Source: an uncultured Mycoplasmatota bacterium (lineage in GTDB: Bacteria > Bacillota_I > Bacilli_A > RF39 > UBA660). Taken from it: a stretch of DNA of 64,000 nucleotides. The stretch lies in assembly GCA_947646095.1 (NCBI GenBank), contig CANSFI010000006.1, positions 1,162 through 65,161 on the forward strand, in the 5' to 3' direction. Shown here piece by piece: positions 62,672 through 64,000 of the stretch. Every line of letters begins with the position of its first letter. Position 1 is the stretch's first letter. The position numbers and the translations under genes were made by a program. Under the pieces are notes generated by a model. The model ran no database searches, had not been told where the DNA came from, and was given only the letters and a program-made list of their open reading frames with translations.

Positions 62672-63967
62672 TTAGATGTCTTTATTTTTTTTTAAGGGAT
62701 TTACTATATAAGTTGTATAATTGTCTAAATTTATTGATTTAATTACTTCTTTCATTTCATCCATATTATATTTTTCAATAATTTCTATATCATCATTTAA
62801 AACTTTATTATACTTAACCACATTACTCATAATTTTACTATTTATACTTGTAATACTATCACTAGCATATATAACATTTGAAATATATGTCTTTTTTATT
62901 CTTTCTAAATCTGATTCTAGTATACTTAAATTAGTTAATTCTCTTCTAACTCTTTTAATAAATTCTTTAGGTTGTTTAGATTCTGTAACTATAATTACTA
63001 AGGCATGCTTATCAGTATCTAATATATAGTTATTAATAAAAGATGTAATAATTTGTTCTTCTTTTAAGTTTTCACAAAATTCAGAAGTACTTCCTAATTT
63101 TAATGAAAATAAAATATTAAGATAAGTTACTATTTCTATTTTAGGAACTTTTTTGATTTTGGAAATATTTATTTTAAAAGCGATTGCTACCTTAGGAATA
63201 GTAACATTTAAATTTATTTCTTCTTCCTTCTTTTCTACTGTATCAGGTTCATTATATGTTTGTAATTTAATAGGTTTTTGTTTTTCTAAACTTCTTTCAT
63301 TTTCATGTTGTTTTATTATTTCAATAGTATTTATTGGATCTACATTTCCAGTTATAACTATAAACATATTAGAAGGATGATAAAATGTATTATAGCAAGT
63401 ATACAAATCATCTTTTGTTACTTTATTAATACTTTCTATATTACCAATAATAGGATATTTAATAGGATGTTCATGAAATGCATTATAGGTAATTCCTTCA
63501 TAAAGTCTAGTGAAAGGTCTATCTTGATACATTTTAATTTCTTGTTCAACAATTCCTTTTTCTTTATTAACACTTTCATCAGTAAAATAAGGTTTTTCTA
63601 CATAATTTAAAAGAAATTTTAGATTTTCTTCAAAAAAGTCTGGTCCCTCAAATAAATAAGTTGTTTTAAGTTTATTGGTATTAGCATTTACATCTGTACC
63701 ACGTTCACTATAAAAGGCCATAACATCTGTTTTATCTTCCTGATTGAAAAGTTGATGTTCTAAAAAATGAGCAATTCCAAGAGGTACTGTAATCATTTTA
63801 TTTTGATTAATAGGTACAAAATCATTTTGATTAGAGCCATATTTAGTTGAATATGTAGCATATATATTATTAACATTATTTTTAGGAGCAATAAATACTT
63901 CTAAACCATTTTCTAGTTTTTCATAAAAAACATTAATATCTAATTTAGATAATGGTATCTTTCTCAT
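62672..63967 (-). CDS. M16 family zinc peptidase (YmfH-like)
   Basis: GIAHFLEH, NANT, EKGIVEQEI, FYHPSNM. Confidence 0.92.
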   Translation of the reverse strand: MRKIPLSKLDINVFYEKLENGLEVFIAPKNNVNNIYATYSTKYGSNQNDFVPINQNKMITVPLGIAHFLEHQLFNQEDKTDVMAFYSERGTDVNANTNKLKTTYLFEGPDFFEENLKFLLNYVEKPYFTDESVNKEKGIVEQEIKMYQDRPFTRLYEGITYNAFHEHPIKYPIIGNIESINKVTKDDLYTCYNTFYHPSNMFIVITGNVDPINTIEIIKQHENERSLEKQKPIKLQTYNEPDTVEKKEEEINLNVTIPKVAIAFKINISKIKKVPKIEIVTYLNILFSLKLGSTSEFCENLKEEQIITSFINNYILDTDKHALVIIVTESKQPKEFIKRVRRELTNLSILESDLERIKKTYISNVIYASDSITSINSKIMSNVVKYNKVLNDDIEIIEKYNMDEMKEVIKSINLDNYTTYIVNPLKKNKDI

Positions 63968-64000
63968 TTCTTACTCCCTTCTAATAAGAAGATAGTATCT

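Noticed and set aside
1504-63610. Many plus-strand ORFs antisense to real genes (e.g. 1504-1791, 11259-11681, 32012-32518, 42463-42816, 61804-62202)
   Set aside because: Shadow frames of AT-rich minus-strand genes; no RBS or recognisable motifs
1-64000. Genome-wide genetic code 4
   Set aside because: Core genes are intact in code 11 and use TGG; mraY, marR and prpC stop at TGA in start/stop overlaps
1-64000. CRISPR array, rRNA, IS transposase or reverse transcriptase
   Set aside because: No regularly spaced repeats or diagnostic motifs seen by eye

Overview
Very AT-rich chromosome segment of a genome-reduced, probably spore-forming Bacilli lineage (RF39/UBA660-like by gene style; this is inference). 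The backbone is almost all on the minus strand: spoVD/ftsI-mraY-spoVE/ftsW, a MATE pump with MarR, an RSH (rel) gene, a FemAB-AsnB-racemase-D-Asp-ligase cell-wall operon, ffh, a hydrolase-murF-ddl cluster, NfeD/SPFH, recG, PFOR, rlmN-prpC-prkC-rsgA-rpe, secG and an M16 peptidase. Many accessory genes are decayed, including three prepilin-fusion genes. Two integrative elements sit near each other at about 30.3-46.5 kb. Element 1 (30301-38740) has a tyrosine integrase, a MOB_V relaxase and an AAA helicase, and is inserted in the 3' end of an unannotated ~100-nt sRNA. Element 2 (~39245-46515) has Tn916-type Int/Xis, an FtsK/TcpA ATPase and a CRESS-virus-like HUH-SF3 Rep, plus a circovirus-style TAGTATTAC stem-loop origin with iterons, a likely SSB, a sigma70-XRE fusion and an HD hydrolase. 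Signals missed by the ORF track are a candidate type I toxin-antitoxin locus (55.4-55.8 kb), a leader-peptide attenuator upstream of a synthetase-degenerate rel gene, two C-rich sRNAs, rrn-type boxA sites in both elements and several in-frame TGA codons in accessory genes. All calls come from reading the sequence by eye; no database searches were run.
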